Assembly (NCBI GenBank): GCA_016933335.1
Contig: JAFGBD010000008.1
Location: 1,353-65,352 of the forward strand
Direction: 5' to 3'
From: Bacteroidales bacterium
GTDB taxonomy: Bacteria > Bacteroidota > Bacteroidia > Bacteroidales > UBA10428
Length of the DNA: 64,000 bases
Shown here: positions 27,214 to 37,339 of the stretch, piece after piece
Layout of the letters: each line of letters begins with the position of its first letter
Numbering within the stretch: the stretch's first letter is position 1
Program-made: the position numbers and the translations under genes
Notes under the pieces: model-generated
The model's database searches: none
Told to the model about the DNA's origin: nothing
What the model saw: the letters and a program-made list of their open reading frames with translations, nothing else

Positions 27214-27843
27214 CTAGTTGCCAGCCCTGATTTTTTCAATAAATTTTTTTACCTGATCAATGTTTTTATAGCCCGGCATGGTCTCAAACCTGCTGTTAAT
27301 GTCAAGGGCATGAATACACATATGCCTGAGCCCCGCTGTTTCTTCAGCATCATCCGGGCCAATACCCCCGCTTAAAAAAAACGGCTTTGAAAGGGAATAT
27401 TCATTCAGCATCTCCCAGTTAAACTTTTTTCCTGATCCTCCAACCGAAGTTGTCCTGGTATCAAAGAGAAAGTACCGGCAACAATCCATGTACTGATCCA
27501 TTACTGAAAAGCTGAACTGATCATCCACACTGAAAGCCTTAATGATCTGAACACCTTCATTCGCCAGTTTTGTACAATATACCGCAGATTCCCTGCCATG
27601 AAGCTGAATATAATCCAGACCGTACTGATCAATCTTACCTAGGATATCGTCGGGATCTGCATTTACAAAAACACCTACCTTACCGGTATCTTCAGGTATG
27701 ACAGCGGTGACAGAGGGATCAAGCTGTCCTCCGATATAACGCACGGATTTTTCATAAAAGATAAAGCCAATATAATCGGGATGCAATTCAAGTAATTCCT
27801 GAATATTCTCCCTGTCCCTCATTCCACAGACTTTGATTTTCAA
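27214..27843 (-). CDS. trpF: Phosphoribosylanthranilate isomerase
   Basis: MKIKVCGM..., 209 aa, located between trpC and trpB. Confidence 0.9.
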   Translation of the reverse strand: MKIKVCGMRDRENIQELLELHPDYIGFIFYEKSVRYIGGQLDPSVTAVIPEDTGKVGVFVNADPDDILGKIDQYGLDYIQLHGRESAVYCTKLANEGVQIIKAFSVDDQFSFSVMDQYMDCCRYFLFDTRTTSVGGSGKKFNWEMLNEYSLSKPFFLSGGIGPDDAEETAGLRHMCIHALDINSRFETMPGYKNIDQVKKFIEKIRAGN

Positions 27844-27862
27844 TGCATTGAATCTTTATGTT

Positions 27863-28654
27863 TCAGACAATCATTTGTAACTCTTTCACAAATTCAATAA
27901 AAGCCCTTACAGGATCCTCCTTTTTCATAAACAGTTCACCTATCAGAAATCCATCATAACCCGATTCTTTGAGCATTCGGATGTTTTCAGTGTGATCAAT
28001 CCCGCTTTCGGATATTTTTTTAAAGCCTGCCGGGATGTGTCTGATCAGCTCAGCCGATGTATTGATGTCTGTTTTAAATGTTTCCAGGTCACGGTTATTG
28101 ACCCCGACAATATCAACAGATTCATTGATGAAAGACAGCTCTGATAATTTGTGAACCTCCATGATAACCTGCAAACCCAGGGATTTTGCAGTTTTTGCAT
28201 AACTTTTCAGTTGCTGCCTGGTAAGGCAGGCAGCAATAAGCAGGATGACATCTGCCCCTATGGCCCTGGATTCAACCACCTGGTACTCGTCAACAACAAA
28301 GTCTTTTCTAAGCAGGGGGACGGAGGTGACATTTCTTGCGCTGATCAAATCCTCCGGTGAACCCCCGAAAAACTGCCGGTCAGTCAGGACTGATATACCT
28401 GAGGCACCGGCTTCTTCATATCCTTTGGCAACTTCTGCAGGTATTGCTTCCCCGTTGATCATTCCCTTTGACGGGGATTTTTTCTTGAATTCTGCAATGA
28501 CGGAGGTTTTTGCTTCATCAGCAAGAAAATCTGTCAGGCGTAGAACATTACGGTCAAAATAACCAGATTGTTCCAGTTTTCTGAAAGGTACCTGACTCCT
28601 GCGCTCTTTCACCTCTGTTTTTTTGTATGCAATGATTTCATCCAGTATGGTCAT
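27863..28654 (-). CDS. trpC: Indole-3-glycerol phosphate synthase
   Basis: IAEFKKKSPSKG and LRKDFVVDEYQV. Confidence 0.92.
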   Translation of the reverse strand: MTILDEIIAYKKTEVKERRSQVPFRKLEQSGYFDRNVLRLTDFLADEAKTSVIAEFKKKSPSKGMINGEAIPAEVAKGYEEAGASGISVLTDRQFFGGSPEDLISARNVTSVPLLRKDFVVDEYQVVESRAIGADVILLIAACLTRQQLKSYAKTAKSLGLQVIMEVHKLSELSFINESVDIVGVNNRDLETFKTDINTSAELIRHIPAGFKKISESGIDHTENIRMLKESGYDGFLIGELFMKKEDPVRAFIEFVKELQMIV

Positions 28655-28729
28655 ATCTTATTCTATTATTTTTTCCAGGAAAACAGCCTCTACCCATCAT
28701 GAAAAATTTCATATTTGCCCGGCTGATCT

Positions 28730-29728
28730 TCATGAAGGCTGAATTTTTATAAGTTGTTTCAATGCATGCAATGCCTTTTTCCCCAACAGTGACTCCCGTG
28801 CCAGAGAAACACACTCCTCAAGTTCCTTTTCATGGTAATAACACATAAGTGCCATGGCTGAATTGGCAATCACAACATTTTGCTGTGCTTCGGTTCCGTT
28901 GCCTGAAAGAATGTCTTCAAATATCCCTGCGGCTTCCTGAACCGTATTCCCTCCAAACAGCTCGCTTTGGTTGATCTTCAGTAAACCCAGTGAGTCGGGT
29001 GTCAGAACCTCATTCTTCTGCAAAGAAGCATAGGAAAAATCACCTGTGAGCGAAATCTCATCATAACCATCCAGGCTGTATACGATGATATGGTTCACAC
29101 CTATCTGTTTATACACCTCGGCATACAGCTGCTGTACCTCTTCACTGAATACCCCTATAAGCTGGTTTTTTGGTTTTGCAGGATTGACCATCGGACCCAG
29201 AATATTGAAAAAGGTTTTCACCTTCAATGCCCTGCGAACGGGAGCTACGTTTTTCATCGCCGGATGAAACAGTGGTGCATGCAGGTAACAGATATTGGAT
29301 TTTTCAATTTCACGCTGCAGCTTTGAAACATTATTGTCAAATTGATACCCGAAATGTTCAAGGATATTTGAAGAACCGCACGGGGAAGAAACAGCGTAAT
29401 TGCCGTGTTTTACTACTTTTGCCCCTGCGCCTGCCAGAACAAATGCGGATAAGGTAGAAATATTGAAGGTATTTTTTTCATCTCCTCCTGTCCCGCAAAC
29501 ATCAATCAGGTTATAATCCGCAAGATCAACCCTGACAGACAGGTCGAGCATGGCATCCCTGAAACCGGCCAGCTCTTCGGGCCTGATCTTTCGCATATTA
29601 AAAACCGTCAGAAATGCGGCCATTTCAGCTTCACTGTATTTGCCGCCGGCAAGCTCACCGAGACTTTCCCTTGCACTCTCGCGGGTAAGGGTGTTACCTT
29701 CGAACAGGTAGTTTAAGGTGTTTTTCAT
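28730..29728 (-). CDS. trpD: Anthranilate phosphoribosyltransferase
   Basis: DVCGTGGDEKNTFNISTL and HGNYAVSS. Confidence 0.92.
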   Translation of the reverse strand: MKNTLNYLFEGNTLTRESARESLGELAGGKYSEAEMAAFLTVFNMRKIRPEELAGFRDAMLDLSVRVDLADYNLIDVCGTGGDEKNTFNISTLSAFVLAGAGAKVVKHGNYAVSSPCGSSNILEHFGYQFDNNVSKLQREIEKSNICYLHAPLFHPAMKNVAPVRRALKVKTFFNILGPMVNPAKPKNQLIGVFSEEVQQLYAEVYKQIGVNHIIVYSLDGYDEISLTGDFSYASLQKNEVLTPDSLGLLKINQSELFGGNTVQEAAGIFEDILSGNGTEAQQNVVIANSAMALMCYYHEKELEECVSLARESLLGKKALHALKQLIKIQPS

Positions 29729-29771
29729 GTTTTTAATGATGATTTTTGTGTTGTATGATCATTTTGCTTTA

Positions 29772-30344
29772 TTATATCTTTAACCAGTTTTCCATTATTT
29801 TCATTCCATGTTCTGTCAGTATTGATTCGGGATGATATTGTACACCACGGACATCATAATGTTTATGACTGATACCCATTATAATTCCTGATTCGTCCTC
29901 TGAGGTAACCGTAAAACAATCAGGTAATCCGTCTTTTGCCAGTACCCATGAGTGATATCGTCCTGCATTGAACTTTGACGGGATCCCATCATGCAACGGT
30001 TCATTTGCATCCAGTATATGAACAGGAGTAGCAATACCGTGATATACCCTCTCAAGATTGATCAGCTTTCCTCCAAATGCTTCACCGATGGCCTGATGGC
30101 CAAGACATACTCCAAGTATGCTTTTCAAAGGTGCAAATATTCTGACCAGGTCCAGGCATATGCCAGCTTCAGATGGTATACCGGGTCCCGGTGAAATAAG
30201 TATTTTATCATATTTCTTAATATCTTCAACAGCAATTTCATCATTCCTGAAAACATCCATATGATCGTCTGTAAGATTCCGGATGTAGTGAACCAGATTG
30301 TACGTGAATGAATCGTAATTATCGATGACCAGTATTTGTTTCAT
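29772..30344 (-). CDS. trpG: Anthranilate synthase component II (glutamine amidotransferase)
   Basis: GVCLGHQAIGEAFGG (catalytic Cys) and VQYHPESILTEHG. Confidence 0.92.
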   Translation of the reverse strand: MKQILVIDNYDSFTYNLVHYIRNLTDDHMDVFRNDEIAVEDIKKYDKILISPGPGIPSEAGICLDLVRIFAPLKSILGVCLGHQAIGEAFGGKLINLERVYHGIATPVHILDANEPLHDGIPSKFNAGRYHSWVLAKDGLPDCFTVTSEDESGIIMGISHKHYDVRGVQYHPESILTEHGMKIMENWLKI

Positions 30345-30363
30345 GGCTTACTATGATTAGCTA

Positions 30364-31767
30364 TTATAATTCCTGTGCCATTTCAATGGCTTTTTTCAGA
30401 GCCCCCAGTTTATTATTTACCTCCTGCAGCTCGCTTTCTTCTTTCGAATCAGCGACAATACCCGCCCCTGCCTGATAAAACAGCATGTTATTCTTGCTCA
30501 GGAAAGTCCTGATCATGATAGCATGATTAAAAGTGCCGTCAAAATCGATGATCCCTATCGCTCCCCCATAATAACCCCTTGCCTGGTTTTCATATTTGTC
30601 AAGAAGTTCCATTGCCTTGTATTTCGGGGCTCCTGAAAGTGTGCCTGCCGGAAATGTCGCAGTCATCATATCAATGCAGTTTGATCCGGGATTTAACCTG
30701 GCTGAGACTGTAGAAACCATGTGGATGACATGCGAATAGAACTGTATCTCCCGGTAATTTTCTACCTTGACATCAGTTCCGTAACGACTCAGGTCATTGC
30801 GGGCAAGATCGACAAGCATGATATGTTCTGAATTCTCTTTGGGATCCCTGGCAAGGCGTTCTGCTGATTCCTTATCTTTCAAATCATCTCCCGTCCGTTT
30901 GAATGTTCCGGCAATGGGATTGATATATGCTCTTTCTGCCTTGACCTTGAGCTGTGCCTCAGGCGATGATCCGAAAATGCGGTAATCTCCATAATCAAAA
31001 TAAAACAGATACGGAGAAGGATTGATCGACCTGAGGGCGCGGTAGAGATTAAAATCATCACCTTCATAAGGCTGGGAGAACTGCCTGGACATCACAATCT
31101 GAAAGACATCCCCCCTGTGACAGTGTTTTTTGCCCATCTTCACCATCTCCATATATTGCTGATCTGTGATATTCGAAACTTCGTTATCATATGTTCTGAA
31201 TTTTCTGGAATGAATATTCATGTTGTATAACAGAAGTTCCAGCTTTTCAATCTGACTTTCTGAATTATCAAATTGATTTTCAATAATATATAGTACATTT
31301 TGAAAATGATTGATGGCAATGATATACTTAAAAATGCCATATCTCAAATCGGGAATCTTGTAAGCCTCCTTAACAGAAGCATTGAACTGAATGGTTTCGA
31401 AATACCTGACAGCATCGTATGTTGAATACCCAAACAATCCGTTAACCGGCGGATTTCCATTCTCAACCTGCACAAACCTGCTGATAAACTCATTGAAAGT
31501 ATGGTTAAAATCATGACCTCCCGATAATTGATACTCATTGGATTTACCATTGGGATATTCTTCCTTAACATGCCAGTTATCAAGTATATATGAAGCTTTC
31601 GGTTCGATACAAACAAATGAATAACTATTCTCATTCCCCCTGTAGTCTGAACTTTCAAGCAAAAGCGACCCGGGGTAAAGGTCTCTTATCTTCATATAGA
31701 TACTTACAGGTGTAATTGTATCTGACAGGACCTTTTTCATTCTGGTTTTAAACTTGAATACTTCCAT
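30364..31767 (-). CDS. trpE: Anthranilate synthase component I
   Basis: Chorismate-binding C-terminal motifs GYYGGAIGIIDFDGTFNHAIMIRT and AGAGIVADS. Confidence 0.93.
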   Translation of the reverse strand: MEVFKFKTRMKKVLSDTITPVSIYMKIRDLYPGSLLLESSDYRGNENSYSFVCIEPKASYILDNWHVKEEYPNGKSNEYQLSGGHDFNHTFNEFISRFVQVENGNPPVNGLFGYSTYDAVRYFETIQFNASVKEAYKIPDLRYGIFKYIIAINHFQNVLYIIENQFDNSESQIEKLELLLYNMNIHSRKFRTYDNEVSNITDQQYMEMVKMGKKHCHRGDVFQIVMSRQFSQPYEGDDFNLYRALRSINPSPYLFYFDYGDYRIFGSSPEAQLKVKAERAYINPIAGTFKRTGDDLKDKESAERLARDPKENSEHIMLVDLARNDLSRYGTDVKVENYREIQFYSHVIHMVSTVSARLNPGSNCIDMMTATFPAGTLSGAPKYKAMELLDKYENQARGYYGGAIGIIDFDGTFNHAIMIRTFLSKNNMLFYQAGAGIVADSKEESELQEVNNKLGALKKAIEMAQEL

Positions 31768-31793
31768 AAATAATAATATTACCTGATTAAATT

Positions 31794-31827
31794 AAAAACG
31801 GCCTGTCGTGAGTACGATAGGCCGTTT
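31794..31827 (-). terminator. Intrinsic terminator of the trp attenuator (also the only terminator after clpX)
   Basis: The minus strand reads AAACGGCCT-a-TCGT-actc-ACGA-c-AGGCCGTTT followed by TT-AATTT. It lies 26 nt upstream of the trpE ATG. Confidence 0.75.
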
Positions 31828-31862
31828 ATTATATCTTTAAGGGTTACAATAACTGCATGGTC

Positions 31863-31919
31863 TCACGGGTTCCGGAGAGAACTGTGCCACCACCAGATTG
31901 TAACCATCATTTTGTTCAT
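31863..31919 (-). CDS. trp operon leader peptide (18 aa, three consecutive Trp codons)
   Basis: The minus strand reads ATG AAC AAA ATG ATG GTT ACA ATC TGG TGG TGG CAC AGT TCT CTC CGG AAC CCG TGA = MNKMMVTIWWWHSSLRNP. It sits between a consensus promoter and the terminator hairpin. It is below the ORF-track size cutoff. Confidence 0.7.
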   Translation of the reverse strand: MNKMMVTIWWWHSSLRNP

Positions 31920-31936
31920 ACTGATCATTTCCGGTA

Positions 31937-31967
31937 CAAAGATATTGTTCTGAATTTAAAAATCAAA
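31937..31967 (-). promoter_or_regulatory. Bacteroidetes-type promoter of the trp leader/operon
   Basis: The minus strand reads TTTG-N19-TATCTTTG, a perfect -33/-7 consensus with perfect spacing. The -7 element ends 17 nt before the leader ATG. Confidence 0.55.
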
Positions 31968-32021
31968 CGATTTGATCCCAATAATAAAATATAATTAAAT
32001 ATATTATTGATTTATAAATTT

Positions 32022-33254
32022 TTAGGCAACCTTTAATTTTTTAACACTTACCTTTTCAAGTTTTTCTTCCGCATATTTTTTCGAAACAACTATCTTATTT
32101 GTAGCGGTTGAGGGCAGCTCATACATGGCATCAATCATGATATGTTCGCAGATCGAACGTAATCCACGGGCGCCCAGTTTAAACTCAATGGCTTTATCCA
32201 CTATATAATCCATTACATCATTTTCGAATTTCAGCTCGATACCGTCTATTTTAAAAAGTTTTAAATACTGCTTGATGATGGCATTTTTCGGTTCGGTAAG
32301 AATATTTCTTAAAGCGGTTCGATCAAGAGGGTGCAGATAAGTCAGAACAGGCAGCCTTCCGATTATTTCCGGAATTAAACCGTAGGCTTTTAAATCCTGC
32401 GGTGCAATATACTGCAAAAGATTGTCACGTTCAATCCTTTCAGTATTCTTGGTAGCTGTATATCCCACAACTTTTGTATTTAACCTTTGTGCTATCTTCT
32501 TATCAATACCATCAAAAGCTCCTCCGCAAATAAAAAGTATGTTTTTGGTATTCACCGGGATCATCTTCTGGTCAGGATGCTTTCTGCCACCCTGGGGAGG
32601 TACATTCACAACCGAACCTTCCAGAAGTTTAAGCAATCCCTGTTGCACTCCTTCACCAGAAACATCACGCGTAATGGAAGGATTATCCCCTTTTCTGGCA
32701 ATTTTATCTATTTCATCAATAAACACGATACCCTTTTCAGCGGCTTCAACATTATAGTCTGCTACCTGCAGTAATCTTGTCAGAATGCTTTCAATGTCTT
32801 CACCAACATAACCTGCCTCTGTCAAAACTGTCGCATCCACAATGGTAAATGGAACATGTAGCATCTTTGCAATTGTTCTTGCCAGTAAAGTTTTTCCTGT
32901 ACCTGTTTCCCCGACAAGGATGATATTGGATTTTTCTATCTCTATATCATCATCTTCACGGCGATTTGACTGCATCAGCCTTTTATAATGATTATAAACC
33001 GCAACAGATATGAATTTTTTGGCATCCTCCTGGCCGATAACATATGAATCAAGGAATTTTTTTATCTCAACCGGTTTGAGTAATTTAATTGAGTTTACAT
33101 CAAACTCACTGTTCTTCTTCATCTCTTCCTGCACGATCTCATACGCCTGCTCAATACAGCTATCGCAGATATGTCCTGAGATACCTGCAATCAGCAGATT
33201 TGTATCTTTCTTATCCCTGCCGCAGAATGAGCATTTATCCATTGAATAAGCCAA
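32022..33254 (-). CDS. clpX: ATP-dependent Clp protease ATP-binding subunit ClpX
   Basis: N-terminal zinc finger CSFCGR...CDSC, Walker [14 protein letters not shown], and FIDEIDKI. Confidence 0.95.
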   Translation of the reverse strand: MAYSMDKCSFCGRDKKDTNLLIAGISGHICDSCIEQAYEIVQEEMKKNSEFDVNSIKLLKPVEIKKFLDSYVIGQEDAKKFISVAVYNHYKRLMQSNRREDDDIEIEKSNIILVGETGTGKTLLARTIAKMLHVPFTIVDATVLTEAGYVGEDIESILTRLLQVADYNVEAAEKGIVFIDEIDKIARKGDNPSITRDVSGEGVQQGLLKLLEGSVVNVPPQGGRKHPDQKMIPVNTKNILFICGGAFDGIDKKIAQRLNTKVVGYTATKNTERIERDNLLQYIAPQDLKAYGLIPEIIGRLPVLTYLHPLDRTALRNILTEPKNAIIKQYLKLFKIDGIELKFENDVMDYIVDKAIEFKLGARGLRSICEHIMIDAMYELPSTATNKIVVSKKYAEEKLEKVSVKKLKVA

Positions 33255-33321
33255 AGATTATAGATTTAAGATATATAATATGCGAAATTAATAAATATTC
33301 AACAAATTAACTTTTAAACAG

Positions 33322-34002
33322 TTATTTCTTGGAAGGTTTTTGAAGGACTTCATCAATCATCCCGTAATCCTTTGCTTCCTGCGCCGTCATCCAGTAATCA
33401 CGGTCTGCATCCTTTTCGACTTTCTCAATTGGGTTGCCTGTATGTTCTCCTATGATCACGTACAGTTCAGTTCTCAGTTTCAGTATTTCACGGGCCGTGA
33501 TTTCAATATCAACGGCCTGACCCTGTGCGCCGCCCATGGGCTGGTGTATCATGATGCGCGAGTGTTTTAAAGCAGACCGTTTACCCTTTTTGCCGGCGCA
33601 TAATAAAACTGCTCCCATTGAAGCAGCCATACCGGTACAGATGGTAGCAATATCACAACTGACATATTGCATGGTATCATAGATCCCCATGCCTGCATGC
33701 ACATGCCCGCCCGGTGTGTTAAAATAAATCTGGATGTCTTTCCCGGGATCTGCGGAATCAAGATAAAGCAACTGTGCCTGAATGATATTGGCTACATAAT
33801 CATCAACCGGCAGACCCAGAAAAATGATCCTGTCCATCATCAATCTGGAGAATACATCCATCTGGGCTATATTTAACTGACGTTCCTCAATAATCGTTGG
33901 CGAAATATAACTTGACTGGATTGAGGTATAGTTATCAAGTGTCAGACTGCTGATACCTGAATGTTTTATTGCATATTTTCTGAAATCCTTACTGATATCC
34001 AT
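33322..34002 (-). CDS. clpP: ATP-dependent Clp protease proteolytic subunit ClpP
   Basis: GMAASMGAVLL (Ser), IMIHQPMGG (His), and RDYWMTAQEAKDYGMIDEV. Confidence 0.95.
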   Translation of the reverse strand: MDISKDFRKYAIKHSGISSLTLDNYTSIQSSYISPTIIEERQLNIAQMDVFSRLMMDRIIFLGLPVDDYVANIIQAQLLYLDSADPGKDIQIYFNTPGGHVHAGMGIYDTMQYVSCDIATICTGMAASMGAVLLCAGKKGKRSALKHSRIMIHQPMGGAQGQAVDIEITAREILKLRTELYVIIGEHTGNPIEKVEKDADRDYWMTAQEAKDYGMIDEVLQKPSKK

Positions 34003-34035
34003 AAGATTTTTTTTACTAAGGTATTTATGTAACGG

Positions 34036-35394
34036 CTATTTTTCAAGCAATTTATTGAATTTTTCATAGGAAATCTGTTTATGATCCAGCTTTGCTGTTT
34101 TCCTGATAAAATCGATGATTTTCTCTTCAAATTTTCTTTCAGCAAGTTTTCTTCTCTCCTCATCTTTCTTAAGAAGCTCACTTGCATAATTGGCCAGATG
34201 ATCGTCAGGAAAATCCGACACCCCGTAATACTGTGAAAACTGCATCCTGGCAAAACCTTTGGCATATTCCAGCAGCTCCTCATCAGTAACCTTCAGGTTA
34301 TTGGCAGTACCGATCTTATCCTTGATCAGCTGCCACTTCAGGTCTTCAAGGAAATGGTCAAAGTCTTTCTCAATCTGCTCTTTTGAATACTTCTTCCTGT
34401 TCGCTTCAAACAGCCAGCGCTTTAAAAAACCTTCAGGCAGGTTTTTCCTGAACCTTGCGATATAATATTCTCTGATATCAAGCCTGAGCTTATATTCCGA
34501 ATCACGACTTAATTCAGAATGAATGATTTCATCTATCCGTGAATTAAATTCATCTTCGGTTTTAACCACATCCTTCCCAAAAAGCTTATCATAAAAATCC
34601 TGGTTGATCTCTGCCTTCTCAAACCTGGAAACAGATTTTACCGTGATTTTAAACTCATTATTGATAAGCTCCACCTCTTCGGTCTTTATTTTAAGTACCG
34701 CAGCAGTCACAGCATTATCAGAAAATGCCTTCTTAAGATTGACCGTCAGTTCGTTGCCTGTCTTTAATCCGGTAAATCTTTTCCTTATCTTTTCATCCCT
34801 GATATTCGCTATAGTGATGGTGGCGTCCTCAACCCTGATCCCATTTTCAATCACGTTCCCCTCTTTGTCAACCTGCGACACATCTGCCCTGATGACCGAT
34901 GTTTCATCACTTGCATCAATCTCTTTCAGACTTCCAAGTCGTGATGCATACCTGTCAGTGTATTCATTTCTGATTTTGTCATCGACTTTGATCTGATAAA
35001 ATGTGAATTTATCTTTGGATGAAACCTGCACATCAAAATCAGGGGACAGGGCAATATCAACCATAAATTCAAAGGAAGTGTCATTATCCCAGTCAATTTC
35101 CTTAGGGTTGGTTTCACTTGGCAATGGTTCACCCAGAATATTTAATTTTTCATCCACAATGTATTTAGTCAATACTTCATTGAGAATATTATTAACCTCC
35201 TCAACAAGCACTGGTTTCCGATACATTTTGCTGATCAATCCAAAAGGTACCTTACCCGGGCGGAACCCGTCAATCCTGGCTTTTCTTCTGTAATCCCTGA
35301 GTGTTTTTTCCACCCTTTCCTCATAATCATTTTTTTCTATAACAATCTTTAATACTGAGTTCAAATCATCAATCTCATTTCTGCTGATATTCAT
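34036..35394 (-). CDS. tig: Trigger factor
   Basis: N-terminal ribosome-binding region RRKARIDGFRPGKVP; 452 aa; tig-clpP-clpX synteny. Confidence 0.9.
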   Translation of the reverse strand: MNISRNEIDDLNSVLKIVIEKNDYEERVEKTLRDYRRKARIDGFRPGKVPFGLISKMYRKPVLVEEVNNILNEVLTKYIVDEKLNILGEPLPSETNPKEIDWDNDTSFEFMVDIALSPDFDVQVSSKDKFTFYQIKVDDKIRNEYTDRYASRLGSLKEIDASDETSVIRADVSQVDKEGNVIENGIRVEDATITIANIRDEKIRKRFTGLKTGNELTVNLKKAFSDNAVTAAVLKIKTEEVELINNEFKITVKSVSRFEKAEINQDFYDKLFGKDVVKTEDEFNSRIDEIIHSELSRDSEYKLRLDIREYYIARFRKNLPEGFLKRWLFEANRKKYSKEQIEKDFDHFLEDLKWQLIKDKIGTANNLKVTDEELLEYAKGFARMQFSQYYGVSDFPDDHLANYASELLKKDEERRKLAERKFEEKIIDFIRKTAKLDHKQISYEKFNKLLEK

Positions 35395-35490
35395 CCTGCT
35401 TCATTTTTAATTGTTATATCCCAAAAAAAGACCTTACTCCCTTAAACCTCTGAAATAATTTTTAATATCTGGCGGTCAGTAAGACTTTTG

Positions 35491-35572
35491 TGCGGATGAA
35501 GGGACTCGAACCCCCACGCCCTAGGGCACTAGATCCTAAGTCTAGCGCGTCTACCAATTCCGCCACATCCGC
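35491..35572 (-). tRNA. tRNA-Leu (anticodon TAG), class II with long variable arm
   Basis: The reverse complement is GCGGATGTGGCGGAATTGGTAGACGCGCTAGACTTAGGATCTAGTGCCCTAGGGCGTGGGGGTTCGAGTCCCTTCATCCGCA. The anticodon loop is CTTAGGA. A TAATTTTG -7-like element lies 15 nt upstream. Confidence 0.9.
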
Positions 35573-35780
35573 AAATTTTTGGAGCTGCAAAATTACCACT
35601 TTTTTCAAAATATGGAATCCATTTATAAAAAGATTTGACCAATGAATTTATTACTTTGATATTCAATTGATTTATATATAAAAATAGTTTAATTTTAGCA
35701 GGACATTCAAATGATTCGAAAAAGATGCGCCTTCTAAGTTCACAATATCACATGATAAATAACCTTAAAAACTCAAAAAA

Positions 35781-35987
35781 ATGAAATTAATGAACTGGAT
35801 AGCCTGGATTTCCGGTGTTGCTGCCGGGATCATCGTATTACAGGCATTTATTGATCTGTTATTTAAAGTCAACCTTTTCGGAGTCAGAAACGTTTACAAT
35901 TATTTCCACGTTGCCAACAGCTTACTGCTGATTGCTATCCTTTGTGCCATTGGTGTGAATAACTGTTTACGGAAAAAAGAATCATAA
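35781..35987 (+). CDS. Small hypothetical membrane protein (2 TM)
   Basis: 68 aa with two hydrophobic helices, followed by a strong terminator. Confidence 0.45.
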   Translation: MKLMNWIAWISGVAAGIIVLQAFIDLLFKVNLFGVRNVYNYFHVANSLLLIAILCAIGVNNCLRKKES

Positions 35988-36006
35988 CAACTGTTATCTG
36001 TTTTAT

Positions 36007-36041
36007 AAAAAGCCATTCTGGTTATTGCAGAATGGCTTTTT
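36007..36041. terminator. Bidirectional-looking intrinsic terminator
   Basis: AAAAA-GCCATTCTG-gttattg-CAGAATGGC-TTTTT, with a perfect 9-bp stem. Confidence 0.7.
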
Positions 36042-36230
36042 ATATGATTCCTGTTCACGGCTTCTGTCTTGTAACATCAGGTTTCATCACGATAATTGGA
36101 GTAAATGATTAACTTTACCACCTGATCAATATTACGGGATATACATGGTAAAACGGATAGCATATACATTCATTAACGGTTTTCTAAAAAAATGTTTAAT
36201 ATCCTGACTGAATATTAAAATTTGAATTCA

Positions 36231-37283
36231 ATGGCACAGGAAAAAATCAGAATTGGTATCACACAGGGAGATATTAACAGTATTAGTTATGAAGTTATTA
36301 TCAAAGCATTGAATGACAGCAGAATTCTGGATATTTGTACTCCGGTTGTTTATGGTTCCCCAAAAGTGGCTGCATATCACCGGAAAGTATTGAATATTGA
36401 TAATTTCAGTTTCAATATTATTAAATCTCCTGAAGAAGCAAATCCGAAAAGGGCAAACATCATCAACTGTCTTGATGATTCAGTCAGGGTTGAGCTCGGT
36501 AAGTCGACAAGAACAGCAGGCGATGCGTCATACCTGGCACTCGAAGCTGCAGTGAATGATCTTGAACATCATCAGATTGACGCACTGGTAACCGGGCCAA
36601 TCAATAAGCATAACATCCAATCCGACAGATTCAATTTTGCAGGTCATACCGAATATCTTGAATCCAGGTTTCCGTCAGACGGTGTTCTGATGTTCATGGT
36701 AAGCCAGGTTATGAAAATAGGTGTGGTTACCGGTCATGTTCAGTTTTCAAGGATCACTGAATACCTCACCAGGGAAGTGATACTGAATAAGCTGAGAATC
36801 ATAAATAAGTCATTACTCACCGATTTTGTGATACGCAAACCCAAGATAGCTGTACTCGGACTTAATCCCCATGCAAGTGACAACGGTTTAATCGGAAATG
36901 AGGAACAGGAGATTATAAAACCTGCACTTGATATGGCCAGGGAGGAAAATATGATGGTTTTCGGGCCATTCCCTCCGGATGGTTTTTTCGGAGCAGGTTC
37001 TTTTACCAAATTCGATGCAATTCTGTCCATGTACCATGACCAGGGTCTGATCCCTTTTAAAGCACTGATGGCAGGCAGAGGAGTCAATTTCACAGCAGGA
37101 CTGTCTGTTGTCAGAACATCTCCTGCACATGGAACATCATACGAAATTGCCGGAAAAGGAGAGGCCTGCCCTGACTCTTTTCGTGATGCTATATACCTTG
37201 CCTGTGATATATTCAAGAACAGACAGCTCTATAATGAAATAACAGCGAATCCGTTGAAATCATATAACATCACTGAATCTTAA
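36231..37283 (+). CDS. pdxA: 4-hydroxythreonine-4-phosphate dehydrogenase
   Basis: FAGHTEYL, LNPHASDNG and SPAHGTSYEIAGKG. The start was taken at the ATG at 36231 (MAQEKIRIG), whereas the track ORF starts at a TTG at 36222. Confidence 0.9.
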   Translation: MAQEKIRIGITQGDINSISYEVIIKALNDSRILDICTPVVYGSPKVAAYHRKVLNIDNFSFNIIKSPEEANPKRANIINCLDDSVRVELGKSTRTAGDASYLALEAAVNDLEHHQIDALVTGPINKHNIQSDRFNFAGHTEYLESRFPSDGVLMFMVSQVMKIGVVTGHVQFSRITEYLTREVILNKLRIINKSLLTDFVIRKPKIAVLGLNPHASDNGLIGNEEQEIIKPALDMAREENMMVFGPFPPDGFFGAGSFTKFDAILSMYHDQGLIPFKALMAGRGVNFTAGLSVVRTSPAHGTSYEIAGKGEACPDSFRDAIYLACDIFKNRQLYNEITANPLKSYNITES

Positions 37284-37339
37284 AAGACAATTTCTTCATT
37301 TATACTGCTAAACCTGAGTTTAATCCAACAGCAATAAAT

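Noticed and set aside
27055-27375. 106-aa plus-strand ORF with a repeated [13 protein letters not shown] segment.
   Set aside because: The internal repeat is simply the 42-nt tandem duplication translated antisense to the trp operon. The rest overlaps the trpF 3' end on the opposite strand.
35395-35490. Terminator between tRNA-Leu and tig (CTTACT/AGTAAG stem followed by a T7 run on the minus strand).
   Set aside because: The stem is only 6-8 bp with a bulge and a loop of about 45 nt. That is too weak to call, and the T-run alone is not evidence.
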